From positions 65,968,001 to 66,032,000 of the forward strand of contig OX597830.1 in the NCBI GenBank assembly GCA_951406725.2: a stretch of 64,000 bases of DNA, written 5' to 3'. The position numbers were made by a program, and so were the translations under genes. Below, in pieces: positions 26,243 to 39,330 of this stretch. Source of the stretch: Octopus vulgaris. Its lineage: Eukaryota. Below the pieces are notes generated by a model. That model did no database searches. It saw only the letters and a program-made list of their open reading frames with translations, and had not been told where the DNA came from. Within the stretch, counting starts at the first letter, position 1. Every line of letters begins with the position of its first letter.

Positions 26243-26441
26243 GTGTATCTTCCCTTCTTTCCTGAGCTTCCAATAATACTTTATTTGTTCCACGTCCTCG
26301 CGTTGCTGTGTTTTTTTGTGTTTTCTTGTTTGGATTAACTTTATATATATATATATATATATGTATTGAAGATTTCTCTTGAATGAAACAGTTCTAGTCC
26401 TGTAGAAGCTCCTTCTATATAATAAATATATATATATGTGT

Positions 26442-26475
<34 letters not shown>

Positions 26476-26564
26476 ATATATGTATGTATATATATATATG
26501 TATGTGTATTTATGTCTATGTATATGTGTATATATATATATATGTGTGTGTGTGTTTGTATGAG

Positions 26565-26596
<32 letters not shown>

Positions 26597-26892
26597 TACA
26601 CACACAGACATATCTATGTATTACATTTTGTTCAAAGCTGACTCTGCGTTTGTCACTTATCGGAGTTTCTTATTCCTGAGACCCAACTTTGAATAAACTG
26701 TTATTCCAGTCTACAGTATTGATTACCGTTTTTTCTGTTGCCTTGTAATTTACGCCAGTGTGAACCCATAATCACACACACATGCTATCATTATTATTTG
26801 AGTTATTGGTGTCGATGTAATCAACAAACTTCCTTACCCCAAAATTAGTGACCTTGTACCAAAACCTGAAACCATTAAGATCATTATTAATT

Positions 26893-27105
26893 TAAGGTGG
26901 CAAGCTGGCAGAATTGTTAGCACACTGGGTGAAATGCTTAGTGGTATTCCGTCCATCTTTACGTTCTGGGTTCAAATTCCGCTGAGGTTGACTTTGTCTT
27001 TCATCCTTTCTGGGTTAATGAAATAAGTACCAGTTGAGTACTGAGGTTGATGTAATCAACTATGCCCCTCCCTCAAATTTCAGGCTTTGTACTTCAGTAG
27101 AAAGG

Positions 27106-27136
<31 letters not shown>

Positions 27137-27525
27137 GTAAGGTGGTAAGCTGGCAGAATCTTTAGCATGCCAGGCAAAATGCTTAGCGGTATTTCGTCTG
27201 CCGTTATGTTCTGAGTTCAAATTCCGCCGGGTCAACTTTACCTTTCATCCTTTCGGGGTCGATAAACTAAGTACCAGTTATGCACTGGGGTCAATGTAAT
27301 CGACTTAATCCGTTTGTCTGTCCTTGTTTGTCCCCTCTGTGTTTAGCCCCTTGTGGGCAATAAAGAAATAGGTATTTTGTCCGTCCTTATGTTTTGAGTT
27401 CTAATTCCAACAAAGTTGATTTTGCCTTTCATCCTTTCAGGGTCAATGAAATGAATACGAGTTACACACTAGCCCTTTCTCCCCAAATCTCAGGTCTTGT
27501 GCCTATGGTAGAAAGGATTTTTATT
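26893..27525 (+). mobile_element. Cluster of three family B SINEs
   Basis: Three gactttgcctttcatcc-type cores with (TTA)n spacer. Confidence 0.88.
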
Positions 27526-27699
27526 ATTATCATTTATCAGCTAAAAGTTACAGAATCCATCCAAGAACTGAGTTTTATTCATGGCACTTATCATGCCAAA
27601 CATGAAACTCAGAGTCCCTTAATCACTTCTGTAATTTTCTGCCAATTTAGAATAATAAATGTCTTCATGTGTTGAGATCAATTCATCCTTATTGTTCTA

Positions 27700-27784
27700 C
27701 AGATAAGCAAACAGACAGACAGACAGATAGATAGAGAGAGAGAGAGCGAGAGAGAGAGGCAGATAGACAGAGAGCAGGATAAAC

Positions 27785-27832
<48 letters not shown>

Positions 27833-28031
27833 GGACAGATAGACAGAGAGAGAGAGGCAGACAGACAGACAGATAGATAGATAGATAGATAGAGAGAGAG
27901 AAAGAAATGGGAGAGGGCAGATAGATAGAGAGAGAGAGAGAAAGGGGGAGAGGGCAGATAGATAGAGAGAGAGAAAGGGGGAGAGGACAGATAGATAGAT
28001 AGAGAGAGAGAGAGAAAGGGGGAGAGGGCCG

Positions 28032-28074
<43 letters not shown>

Positions 28075-28083
28075 AAAGAGAGA
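27700..28083. repeat. Polypurine (GATA/GACA/GA)n compound microsatellite
   Basis: Directly visible. Confidence 0.95.
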
Positions 28084-29200
28084 CGCGTTTCCCTATGTAT
28101 GAATTTACAACCGAATGTGTGCGCTCGTGCTGAGGGGCGGTGACTTGAGAATTTTCAGTGCCAAGTTCGAAGTATATGAAAAAAATAAATAAACGGTAGA
28201 ATGCCAGGGGTTAGATGCTTCTACAAACTAGACTCGGTTTGAATTCTTATCCCATTAACGTACCCGGATATATATATTTATATACGATAAAAGATTGGGT
28301 GCAGTTACCATCCCATTGCTTGTTTTAAGGTCCAACGAGAGGAAGATAAGTTTCACCAGCAAGTTCTAAGGTTTTTAGATAAAATCAGTCAAACATCCGT
28401 GTAACACACACACTCATGTACACATTATTCGTATGTAGGTCGGAGGAAGTCGAAAAAGTTTGTTTTGGTTTTCGTGTGTGAGTGTGTAAAAAGTTGGGGG
28501 AAGAGGTACTCCCGTCTCCTTATTTAATAGATGTTATTTTGACTGGCGAACATATATATCTAGGTAAACTAGATCAGTACCATGTGTTAACTTCGCAGCT
28601 GAGACACTGAAGTCAACAACAACAAACTCTGCGAAAAAAAAATAGTAATACTAATAAAACCAAAAAAGTCTTTGACCGAATTTTAAGTCCGACATTTGAA
28701 ATTCTGTCTCAGAACGAAACGACTGTGAAGTGGTGACTATCGACAGTCGCTTCTTTAACATTCCTTTATCCTATTCATATCGATTTACGATATATATTCT
28801 ATATATTTTGGAAAACTAAAATAATTATCGTAAGTTTTTTTTTATCTATATTTCTATCTAAACTTAATATTTCTTGTTCTTTCTTTGATACAAAATTAAC
28901 TTTGTTTATATTTGTGGAAAACGTGCTATCTTTGCTGTTTTCTTTTTTAAAAAATGTCTTTGAGGATGAAAGGAAAAAGAAATAATTATAAAATCCGACT
29001 AGACAGACTCCCAGACAACTTCTGCGAGTAGTCCTGGCAAAGGCCTGTGGCACCAATTCTTTGTCAATTGGTCTTAGCCTCGGCTCATAAGTATTTTTGG
29101 CGGTCTTTCAATTGATTTCGCTTTGTTGTTCAGATTTAATATGGACAATAATTAAAAGATCGCCGTATTTTTGAATCATTTGCAATCCTTGCTCTTTTGT
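28084..29200. promoter_or_regulatory. CpG-retaining unique region, candidate promoter/5' end
   Basis: Visibly more CpG than flanks, GC box ggggcgg at 28134-28140, no recognisable SINE; no coding frame found. Confidence 0.3.
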
Positions 29201-29774
29201 TCTTCCAAACATGGTCCAAATATTCCCAATATTCTTTCAAACTACATCATTATTTTTGAATTACCTTCACTTTCCCTGAAGTCTATTCCACATATTTATC
29301 ATTCTTTCTTGAAATGAATGTTTTCCTTACGTTTAAATTTCATTTGTTGCTTGTTAAATGTTCATACCACAGCCCTTTTTGTTATAATTTTCTTCTACTA
29401 TTCCACAAACATATTCTTCACATAAACTTCTTTGGTGTGTTTATACCCCATCCTTGATCTTAAAGGCAAAAACCAACAACGAAAAAGAACTCCTTCTATT
29501 AAGATAGTTTACTTTGGAGTCTATTTACATATTTAGTTATAATTAATACCACCCTACTCTCGGAAAAAAAATTTCCTACATATTCCGATATAATCAGAAT
29601 CTACATCATCTGATAGAACTTTTCATTAAAAATTACCCATTTTTCTGGAAGTTATGAGGCAGCAAAGTCGGGGGGTGGAGACACACGTGTAGGAATGTCA
29701 TTATTACTTGTTTGTTTATCTGGTTTCTTTTTTGTTTTGACAATTTTATTGCATGTATTACACGTATGTATATG

Positions 29775-29827
<53 letters not shown>

Positions 29828-31544
29828 ATATACCTACGTGTAATACATGCAATAAAATTGTCAAAACATATATATATATAATAAATTAATAAATAAATAA
29901 AAATAATAAATAAACATATATATATACATACATATCTGTACGTACCTACCTCTACATGTATATATACACGCATATATGGGTACAGGACACCAAAAAAAAA
30001 AAACGTCGAACACAATGAGAAACGAAAACATAAACACAAAACCAAGGAAATGGACATTTTTTTTAAACAACGAAAAAATAGAGTAGAGGACATACAAAAC
30101 AAGGAAAATTCCCCTTCTTCAGTCGCCTCTATTTCATCCACTCCACATAATACAAAAGAAAGACAAAGTGATACTGATTTATTTTAAGATAATTACTTTC
30201 ATTATTCCTTAAAATATTTTTTCTTATATATATATATATATATATGCTAACAAACCCAACCCTTTTTCTAAAAAAAAAAGAAAAGCAGTTAGAAGTGGTT
30301 TAAGAAAATATTTAAACAATCTTGTTTAGTTACATGCATTGCCTTTTCCGATAGCAATTTCCGTTTTTAAGTATGGAAAAACAGGATTTTAGTTTTGAGT
30401 TTTTCTTGTTACGTTAGTTAAACATTGGTTACTAATTTAGGTACAAAGCCAGCAGTTTTCAAGGGAAGAGATCGGTCGATAGAATCGACTCCAGTATATG
30501 ACTGGTACATTGTTTTATCGACCCCCGAGGGATGAAAGGTAAAATCGACCTCGGTAGGATTTGAACTCAGAATGTAAAAGGACCAACACAAATATCGCGA
30601 ACCATTTTTTCTGATACTTTGCCAGCGCTAATTGTTATTGCTTAGGTCCAAATCCAAATGAACTTTGATCGTACAAACCTTTGGATCATCATACATAATA
30701 AGATATATGCCATGCATGTAGCAATAGAAAACCCCAGGACCTACAATACGTACTCGTTATATTATGTTGGCAGTGGGGACCTGTTTCCTTGGTACAGTAA
30801 CCTGGTTCAAGAGCACCGAAACATGGTCCGTCATATGACTATAGGCATCCTAACCATGGCTACTACTTCATTTTAGGGATATATAGGATTATGTTTTTTG
30901 CAGCATTCTGATTTAAACACTCCTTATAACCCCTCGTAACTTTTATTTTTTATTTTGGGGTAGAATTGCAGTGGGTGAGGGGCGGAATTTTCTGAAAAAA
31001 TTTGCGAATTTGTATTCTTCACATGGGAATTCATACGATTATGCAGAATTTTTTTTAACTCATCCCTCCTTAAAAATTCTAAAAGTTCCACAATATGTTA
31101 TTTCCTTGTTTAAAATGGTAGGCTGTAGTATATGGCGAGAATAGAAAAGGATAAAACTTTAGTGAGAAAGAAAAAAGAAAAAGTTATATTTGGAGTTTAA
31201 TAACACTTCAAAGAGTTAAACTCCTGAATGATGCGGATGTAGTTTTTTTTCTCGGTGCCTAAGCACTTAACTCAACATACATCCTTATTTATATGCATCC
31301 ACACAAACACGTTGCGTTGTGGTCGAACGAATAAGAGGAGTGCTCAGTATATTTTGTTGAGGATATGGTGTGTGTGTGTGTGTGTACCGCAGGCGTGGCT
31401 GTATGGTAAGAAGCTTACTTACCAAACCACATGGATCCGGATTCAGTTCCACTGCGTGGAACCTTCGACAAGTGTCTTCCATAGCCTCGTCAGTGGATTT
31501 GGTAAACGGAAACTGAAAGAATCCCATCGTATATATATACACAC

Positions 31545-31887
31545 ACAAAAATGGGACAAGAACGCAAAACATCCAGACAGCTAGGTGATAAAAAAAAAGG
31601 GACAACAAAATATCCAGATAGACGATACAAAGAAAACAAAGACGGATCATTCGGAGTTTTCTTTCCTCCGTCGAGTTCCAGATTATCTTTGCAATTTCGG
31701 CTGGTTATACTCGATATTGCTCCAATCTGGCCAGCCCTAAGGAAAAACTAAGCTAAGAGCACTGTATTTTTTTATATATAAAAATATAGCGGCGTACGTA
31801 CACTTTGGTCTCTTGGATGTTTTGTTGTCCCTTTTTTTTTGTATCACCTAACAGTCTGGATGTTTTGCGTTCTTGTCCCATTTTTGT
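31545..31887. repeat. Inverted repeat (about 72-bp arms, about 200-bp spacer), Penelope-like inverted fragment
   Basis: acaaaaatgggacaagaacgcaaaacatccagac.. versus ..gtctggatgttttgcgttcttgtcccatttttgt. Confidence 0.88.
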
Positions 31888-32687
31888 ATTTTTTATGCTT
31901 ATGTCTGAACAAACGTACGTGAAGTCATTCATTCTTAATATGTCAAATATGATAAGTAATAGGAATCGATTTGATCATCAAGAAACGTGTTCTTGTATAT
32001 TAAAAAAAATTTTTTTTTACAAGAAATATCTAAGTTACCTCTCGTTTCCTAATTAAAGCCAAACTTTATTTCGTTTCAGTTAATCACTTGGGGGAATATA
32101 TGAACATATTGATCCTACTTCTCAATGTTTTTATATGATCCAAGTAAAAACTCAGAATTATTTCAAAATCAAATGCTAGATTTTTGTTTTTAATTATATC
32201 ATATTGTGTTGGAAATTCTTAATTTGCGATCATTTTTAAGGTCACAACAGCAATAACTAAAACATGACATTTTGTTTTTAAAAGTGACTGATATGTCTTT
32301 TGTTATTATGAAGCACTAATTTACTGAAACGGCGAGGACGTTGAAGATAATGATAGTGGTGATGAGGATGGTGATGATGACAGCTATTGTAACCTTCATC
32401 CTCTTTTGGGCCATGAAATAAAGATTCAAACGTTGACATTACTTAACTATTATTAAACAGGAGACTGAATAAATTTTAGTGCGTGCTCTTAGACACACAT
32501 ATACGCACGCACGCACACATACACACATAAGTACATACACAGACATACATACTTATAAATACTTTTATACATATACACATAAATACACACACATATATAC
32601 TCGTAATTACATACACGTATACACATGCATGCATACACATACATGCATACACATATGCAGACACGCATATATATATATATATATATA

Positions 32688-33082
32688 CTAGCAGTATCGC
32701 CCGGCGTTGCTCGGGTTTGTAAGGGAAATAACTATATAAGCATTTTTAGAGATGTAAAGTATAATAGCCATCTCAATATGGCTAACCACAAAGTTGGGTG
32801 TTACTGTAGGTTTTTACATTCTGAGATTTAATAATAAATTTTTAGAGAGTTACTTCCCTTATATAATAGCAAAAAAAGTGCATTAAAAATGGGAAAAATT
32901 ATGGTAAATTTTTTTTAAAATCGTAGACTCATCGTAGATGCGCGCCAATACCCAGAAGGGCTCGATGTGAATCACGACTATAAGATACCCGGTTTTGGTT
33001 ACACTGCACTGCAAAATGTGGGAGTAGTTAGGAATCTAAATCGTAGGAGACAGACACACAACCTCACTTTTATATATAAAGA
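32688..33082 (-). mobile_element. Non-autonomous Helitron, complete ends
   Basis: Minus strand begins TCtttatatataaaag and ends cccg-agcaacgc-cggg hairpin ...tactgCTAG; inserted between A and T without TSD. Confidence 0.88.
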
Positions 33083-33473
33083 TATACTCATAAATACATA
33101 CACGCATGCACATACATGCATACACACACACATACGCACACACACATATACACTAACAAACAATAACAGGCTGTCACCAAACTTGTATTATTCAATATCT
33201 GTTACGCTGATTGATTTCCAATTATTCCATAAAGTATCATTTCATCACTATATCATTTGAATAAAAAAGATGTTTGTTTTGTTACTATCATTATTGCTTT
33301 TCGTTTTACATTAGCTCAAGGCCACGTATTTGTAAAGAAAGGTTTTAAGTTAGTTGAATCGATTTGCTAAAAAGAAAAACCAGCTGAACAAACCAATCGC
33401 TCTAAAATCATGTTACTGTCTTAGAAAAAAAAAGGATATTGAATAGTGTAGACTGTATGTATGTATGTATGTG

Positions 33474-33988
33474 TGTGGCTGTCCCCTCATGCACAATCCT
33501 TCTCCACCTGCTACGAGTTGCACATGAGAAAGTAAGGAGGGATGTCAAGAAGGGCATCGCTGTTACACTTCCCGAAGGGAAGGGTCTTCCTTTGATGCTG
33601 ACATGCAATGTCTCTGCAAGACCCTGCCTCAGTAAAGCTGGACTCAAGAGTCATCTTCGTAGTCATAAAACGAGACAGATGAGTGACAACCTGGCCACTG
33701 GTGGTTAGTGTAACACACCATACTAATCATACTAATCATATCTGTCGGGCTTGTGGAAGAGAGTGTAATTCGACAGGAGGACTTAAACGACATGCAAAGG
33801 TACATGAAGCCCAGTTACAACTACAGCCGGCTATTACCGGTAAAGGTTTTAGCTGCCAATTCTGTACAAGACATTGTAGATCTTTAGCTGGGCTAAAAAG
33901 TCACATTCGATCACAGCACCAATAACAGTTAAGCTTCGTGCAATGGCCATACTCGATAATGAGGGGGCAGCCATAATAATAATAATAA
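33474..33988 (+). mobile_element. 5'-truncated RTE LINE with inverted 5' segment, C2H2 fingers, (TAA)n tail
   Basis: RVAHEKVRR..CNVSARPCLSKAGLKSHLRSH, CRACGRECNSTGGLKRHAKVH, CQFCTRHCRSLAGLKSHIRSQH*; ggccatactcgat..gaggggg 3' UTR; atgtatgtatgtatg on both sides. Confidence 0.8.
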
Positions 33989-34651
33989 TGTATGTATGTA
34001 TGGATGGATGGATGTGCATGTATATACATACATAAATGTGTATGTATGTATGTTTGTACACACACACGCACATAGATAAACATTGTGTGAGAAGAAAAAA
34101 AAATATATACGATTGTCTGTTTTTCATTATAAATCTGTTTGATCAGGGCTGACCTGAGGCTGGGCTTGAGCAACAAAAATATCTAGTATTTCTTTTACTG
34201 AAATCAGGAGGCAAGAATGGCAAAGCATAATTAAATGCCAGTGGGAACAGAATTCAGAACTTAAAGAGACGAAATTAAATACTGTGAGCCGTTTCGTTCC
34301 ATGACGAAACATTTGCCTTCAAAGGGTGTAATAGCTAAGGTTTAGTAGTTCAGCAAAGTAGGATGTGTGTGTGTGTGTGTGTGTAACAATATCTGTCTAA
34401 CCAGCTGTCTGTCTCTGTCTGTATATATATATGAGTGTGTGAGCATACGTCATCATCATCTGCATTGAACGTCCGTTTTCTATGCTGGCGTGGATTGGAT
34501 TGGACTGTTTGACAGCAGCTGACAGGTCAGAAGACCACGCCAAACTCCATCCTGTTTTGGTCATGACGATTATGGCTGGATGCCCTTTGTACATTGCGTG
34601 TACGTGTATGCGTGTGTGTGCGTATTTGAAAGAACGAATTGGAATGGCTTT

Positions 34652-35030
34652 TCTCTTTTACTTGTTTCAGTCATGTGACTGTGGCCATGCTGGAGCACCG
34701 CTTTTAGTCGAGCAAATCGACCCCAGGACTTATTCTTTGTAAGCCTCGTACTTATTCTCTCAGTTTCTTTTGCCAAACCGCTAAGTTAGGGGGACGTAAA
34801 CACACTAGCATCGGTGTTGGTGGGGGACAAACACAGACACACAAACATACACACACACATACATATATAGAGAGATATATACGACGGGCTTCTTTTCAGT
34901 TTCCGTCTACCAAATCCACTCAAGGCTTTGGTTGGCCCGAGGCTATAGTACAAGACACTTGTGCCATGCAGTGGGACTGAACCCGGAACCATGGTGTTGG
35001 TAAGCAAGCTACTTACCACACAGCCACTTA
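34652..35030 (-). mobile_element. Family A SINE
   Basis: Homology to 10910-11340. Confidence 0.9.
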
Positions 35031-35284
35031 TAACCTTTCTATTTTAATTAGATGTTTATAAGTTATATATACACACACATCAATATTTTCTGAACAACCC
35101 TGTGTCCACTCCTTATTCAGCAATGATTTGCCTATGAGGGAATTTCTATGCAATTGCTTTACTTGCTGAAAATTGCCTGTGTCTAATTATGTTGTATATT
35201 TTGGGCACATTGGTTTAAGTGGTTTGTAATACCTTTAACTAAAGAAGGGATGGCCACAGCCAGAACTCCTTTGATTATATATCT

Positions 35285-35512
35285 ATTTCTTTATTGCCCA
35301 CAAGGGGTTAAACATAGAGGGGACAAACAAGGACAGACATAGGTATTAAGTCGATTACATCGACTCCAGTGCGTAACTGGTACTTAATTTATCGACCCCG
35401 AAAGGATGAAAGGCAAAGTCGACCTCGGTGGAATTTGAACTCAGAACGTAACGCAGACGAAATACTGCTAAGCATTTCGCCCGGCGTGCTAACGTTTCTG
35501 CCAACTCGTCAC
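35285..35512 (-). mobile_element. Family B SINE with TSD
   Basis: cctttgattatatatct on both sides (about 35267-35284 and 35512-35528). Confidence 0.92.
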
Positions 35513-36267
35513 CTTTGATTATATATCTGCTTGGAACTAATCAATAACAGTAACTCGGTAGAACTGAATATTAATTGTTTAGTGTTTAATTTTTTAGCAT
35601 TTAAACTGGCCATATCCGACTCAAACTGTCTACCTATTTTATGTGGAAACCAGCCAGATCCAAAAGGTCAATTAGAATAAGCACCAGGTTCTAAAAGGAA
35701 ATAAATCCTGCTGTTGATTCATACCATTAAAATTTCTTCAAGGCGGTACCCCAGCATGGTCGCAGTCTCATAACTGAAACAAATAAAAGAATTTCATCAT
35801 AGAAATGTCAAAACTACAAGATAACACGTGGTTAATTCTATAGAATAAATAAATAAGGAATAAGCAATGCCCGTCTAATCTGAATACTGGAGGGTTAAGC
35901 AACATTCATCAAGGAAAACAAATGAATACATTTTAGGACCCTAGGTACAACACGGTGTTATTAGTGTTATTAGTAAGACCAACAATGTCACTTGTCTCAC
36001 TCTTTCTCTCTCATTCATAAATTTTTGCTTATCTCAGCAGAAATGAAAGTTGTACAAAATGAAAAGCAAGCAAAAAAATATCCTGTTTTAGCCTCTCAAA
36101 TTACAGAAATTTTACTGAAGCTCTGGAGAACCAAAACATGAGGAAAGCTATACATAAAAGAAAACGAAAAATAAGATTCAGAGAGAATTTACAGACATAA
36201 TTAATGCCAGGAATGTTGAACTGACTAGTCTATAACATGTTGTTGTTGTTGTTGTTGATGATGATGA

Positions 36268-36472
36268 TCCTTTCTACTATAGGCACAAGGCCTGAAATTT
36301 GATGGGAGGGGACTGGTCGATTAGATCAACCCCAGTGTTTCACTGGTACCTAATTTATTAACCCCAAAAGGATGAAAGGAAAATTTGACACCGGTGGAAT
36401 TTGAACTCAGAATATGAAGACAAATGAAATACTGCTTAGCGTTTTGCCCAGCATTCTAATGATGCTGCCTTA

Positions 36473-36503
<31 letters not shown>

Positions 36504-36568
36504 ATACCAACAACAACAATAATCTTTTCTATTATAGGCACAATGCTTGAAATTTGGTAGGAGGGGAC

Positions 36569-36609
<41 letters not shown>

Positions 36610-36765
36610 CGGCCCCAGTGTTTCACTGGTACTTAATTTATCGACTCCAAAAGGATGAAAGGCAAAGTCGACCACAGCGGAATTTGAACTCAGAATGTGA
36701 GGACAGACGACATACCGCTAAGCATTTCGCCCTGCATGCTAACGACTCTGCCAACTTGCTGCCTT
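36268..36765 (-). mobile_element. Two family B SINEs separated by (TTA)n
   Basis: Two aaaggatgaaagg...ggaatttgaactcag cores. Confidence 0.85.
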
Positions 36766-37464
36766 AATAAGAAGAGATGGAGTTTTGACTGCAGAGAAGA
36801 GACGAAAATGTTTGGAATTGGCTGGTGAAAGTGACCCTTTGTCAGTTAGACTCTTATAGAGAAAGTAATACCTCTGAACCAATGTTATTATTGGAAAACT
36901 CTGAATATATTAGCGGTGGTGGTGGTGGCGGTGGCGGCACCGAAAACTGTTTCAACATATTTTCCTTTAAATCCTGTTATTTTCCATATTTGTACAGATG
37001 AATTTTTGCCTAGAAAACTATGCAATTTATCTAGTCTTTTGTCATCAATGGTATTTTCTGTGCTAAAACAATACCTGACCCCTCTCCCCAACACACACAC
37101 ACATCTTAAAGATCACTGACAAATGTTAGAATTTAAAGCTTTATCAAAACACCTGACTGGTACCAACCTTTCCTTGATCACAGTGCCACCATTAGCTTGT
37201 CACTGATTTTTATCTTCACTGATTTGACACAAATTGGGGCTCCCAGTACCTATCACTGCTCACTTTATGTTTCTGTCTGCCTGTCTGTCTGCACGTATGT
37301 CCTTCCCCCCTCCCTCCCTGATCTCTTGTTTGCTATCTTTTCCATTACTGCATTGCTCTCTATTTCTCTCTAAGAGTCTCTCTTACCCCTCTCTCTGTCA
37401 GTACATACAGATGTGTATATATAACTTATATATGTGTATGTATGTATATATATATATATATATG

Positions 37465-37850
37465 TGTGCAGGAGTGGCTGTGTGGTAAGTCACTTGCTTA
37501 CCAACCACATGATTTCGGGTTCAGTCCCACTGCATGGCATCTTGGGCAAGTGTCTTCTACTATAGTCTCGGGCCAACCAAAGCCTTGTGAGTGGATTTGA
37601 TTGATGGAAACCGAAAGAAGCCCGTCGTATATATGTATATGTATATATGTGTGTTTGTCTGTGTGTGTGTGTGTGTCCCTACATTGCATGACAACTGATG
37701 CTGGTGTGTTTATGTACCCGTAACTTAGCGATTTGGCAAAAATAGAATAAGTACTAGGCTTACAAAGAATAAGTCCTGGGGTCGATTTCCTTGACTAAAG
37801 GCGGTGCTCCAGCATGGCCACAATCAAATGACTGAAACAAGTAAAAGAGT
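37465..37850 (+). mobile_element. Family A SINE
   Basis: Homology to 10910-11340. Confidence 0.9.
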
Positions 37851-37855
37851 ATATA

Positions 37856-38037
37856 TATATAATTTAGAGAAAAACCACTATTAAACAATTCAATAAAGAA
37901 AGATGCTATTCACACTATATAGAAAACATATACTTTGAAAAAAAATTATTTTAAATAAATCTTATGTTTTCTCTATGGTGTGAATAACATCTTTCTTTAT
38001 TGAATTGTTTAATAGTGGCTTCTCTCTAAATTATATA
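37856..38037. repeat. Fold-back inverted repeat, about 75-bp arms
   Basis: 37856-37930 versus 37963-38037. Confidence 0.92.
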
Positions 38038-38108
38038 CACATATTATATATTGTGAAATTTGATTTAAAATTGTTAGATTGGATTTTTTTCCTGTATGTT
38101 ATATTCCC

Positions 38109-38111
<3 letters not shown>

Positions 38112-38164
<53 letters not shown>

Positions 38165-38169
38165 ATGTA

Positions 38170-38206
<37 letters not shown>

Positions 38207-38552
38207 TTGTATATATATGTGTGTGTGTGTGTGTGTATGTATGTTTGTATATATGTGTGTGTGTGTGTGTGTATGTATGTTTGTATATATATGTGTGTGT
38301 GTGTGTATGTATGTTTGTATATATATATGTGTGTGTGTGTATGTATGTTTATATATATGTGTGTGTGTGTATGTATGTTTGTATATATATGTGTGTGTGT
38401 GTGTATGTATATATATATATATGTGTGTGTGTGTATGTATGTTTGTATATATATATATATATGTGTGTGTGTGTATGTATGTTTGTATATATAAGTGTGT
38501 GTGTGTATGTATGTTTGTATATATAAGTGTGTCTGTGTGTGTGTGTGTATAC
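38112..38552. repeat. Higher-order (TA)n(TG)n-TATGTATGTTTG compound microsatellite
   Basis: Directly visible. Confidence 0.95.
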
Positions 38553-38982
38553 ACGTTTACAAATATATACGTGCATGCTTGCAAATACACATTTGCATAT
38601 AAATCATCGTTATCTCCTTCTTATCATTTGTAGCAACTTAGGAAGATTTAGCTGTGTTATCATCACAGTGTATTATTTCTATTCAGACATTGAAATGTGT
38701 TGCAGAGAAAACTTGTCCAAATTGTATTTTCTCTAATGCTAATCACATACCAAAGCAGCATTTAATCCACTCAATCTTCCCACCTCTCTTTTTTTTTTTA
38801 CTCTATGTCTGACGTAATGGCTTATGCTTAAATAAATCTTCTTATGCTCTTTTTTCTCTCTCATCTCGTAATTCTAATCTCGAATGAGGATACACTGCAC
38901 AGCAGAAACTTCCAACCCGTGCCAGTATAGAAAGACAGGAATTCATCTAGAGAGATAATGGTGGTGTTGGTGATGCTCTTGA

Positions 38983-39330
38983 AGGCGCATGGTTCAGTTG
39001 TTAGAGCATCGGGCTCACAGTCTTGAGGTTGTGAGTTCGATTCCCGGATTGGGCTGTGTGTTGTGTTCTTGAGCAAGACATTTTATTTCATGTTGTTCCA
39101 GTTCACTCAACTGTAGAAATGAGTTGCGACATCACTGGTACCAAGCTGTATCGGTCTTTGCCTCTCCCTAGGATAACATTGATGGCATGAAGAGGGGAGG
39201 CTTTTATGCATGGTTAACTACTGGTCTTCCACAAACAACCTTGCCTGGGCTTGTGCCTTGGAGGGTAACTTTCTAGGTGCAATCCCATGGTCGTTCATGA
39301 CCAAAGGGAGATCTTCACCCTTTACCCTGG
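38983..39330 (+). mobile_element. Family D tRNA-headed SINE
   Basis: ggcgcatggttcagttgttagagc, B box gagttcgattccc. Confidence 0.85.

Noticed and set aside
28799-29330. Coding exon in the CpG-rich region
   Set aside because: Only short frames with no recognisable protein features
30095-30150. Possible hammerhead (minus-strand CTGAAGA-agggg)
   Set aside because: No properly placed GAAA or stems in this copy; probably a truncated Penelope-like fragment
33439-33925. Host C2H2 zinc-finger gene
   Set aside because: Frameshifted, lacks TGEKP linkers, and has RTE motifs, 3' UTR, tail and TSD
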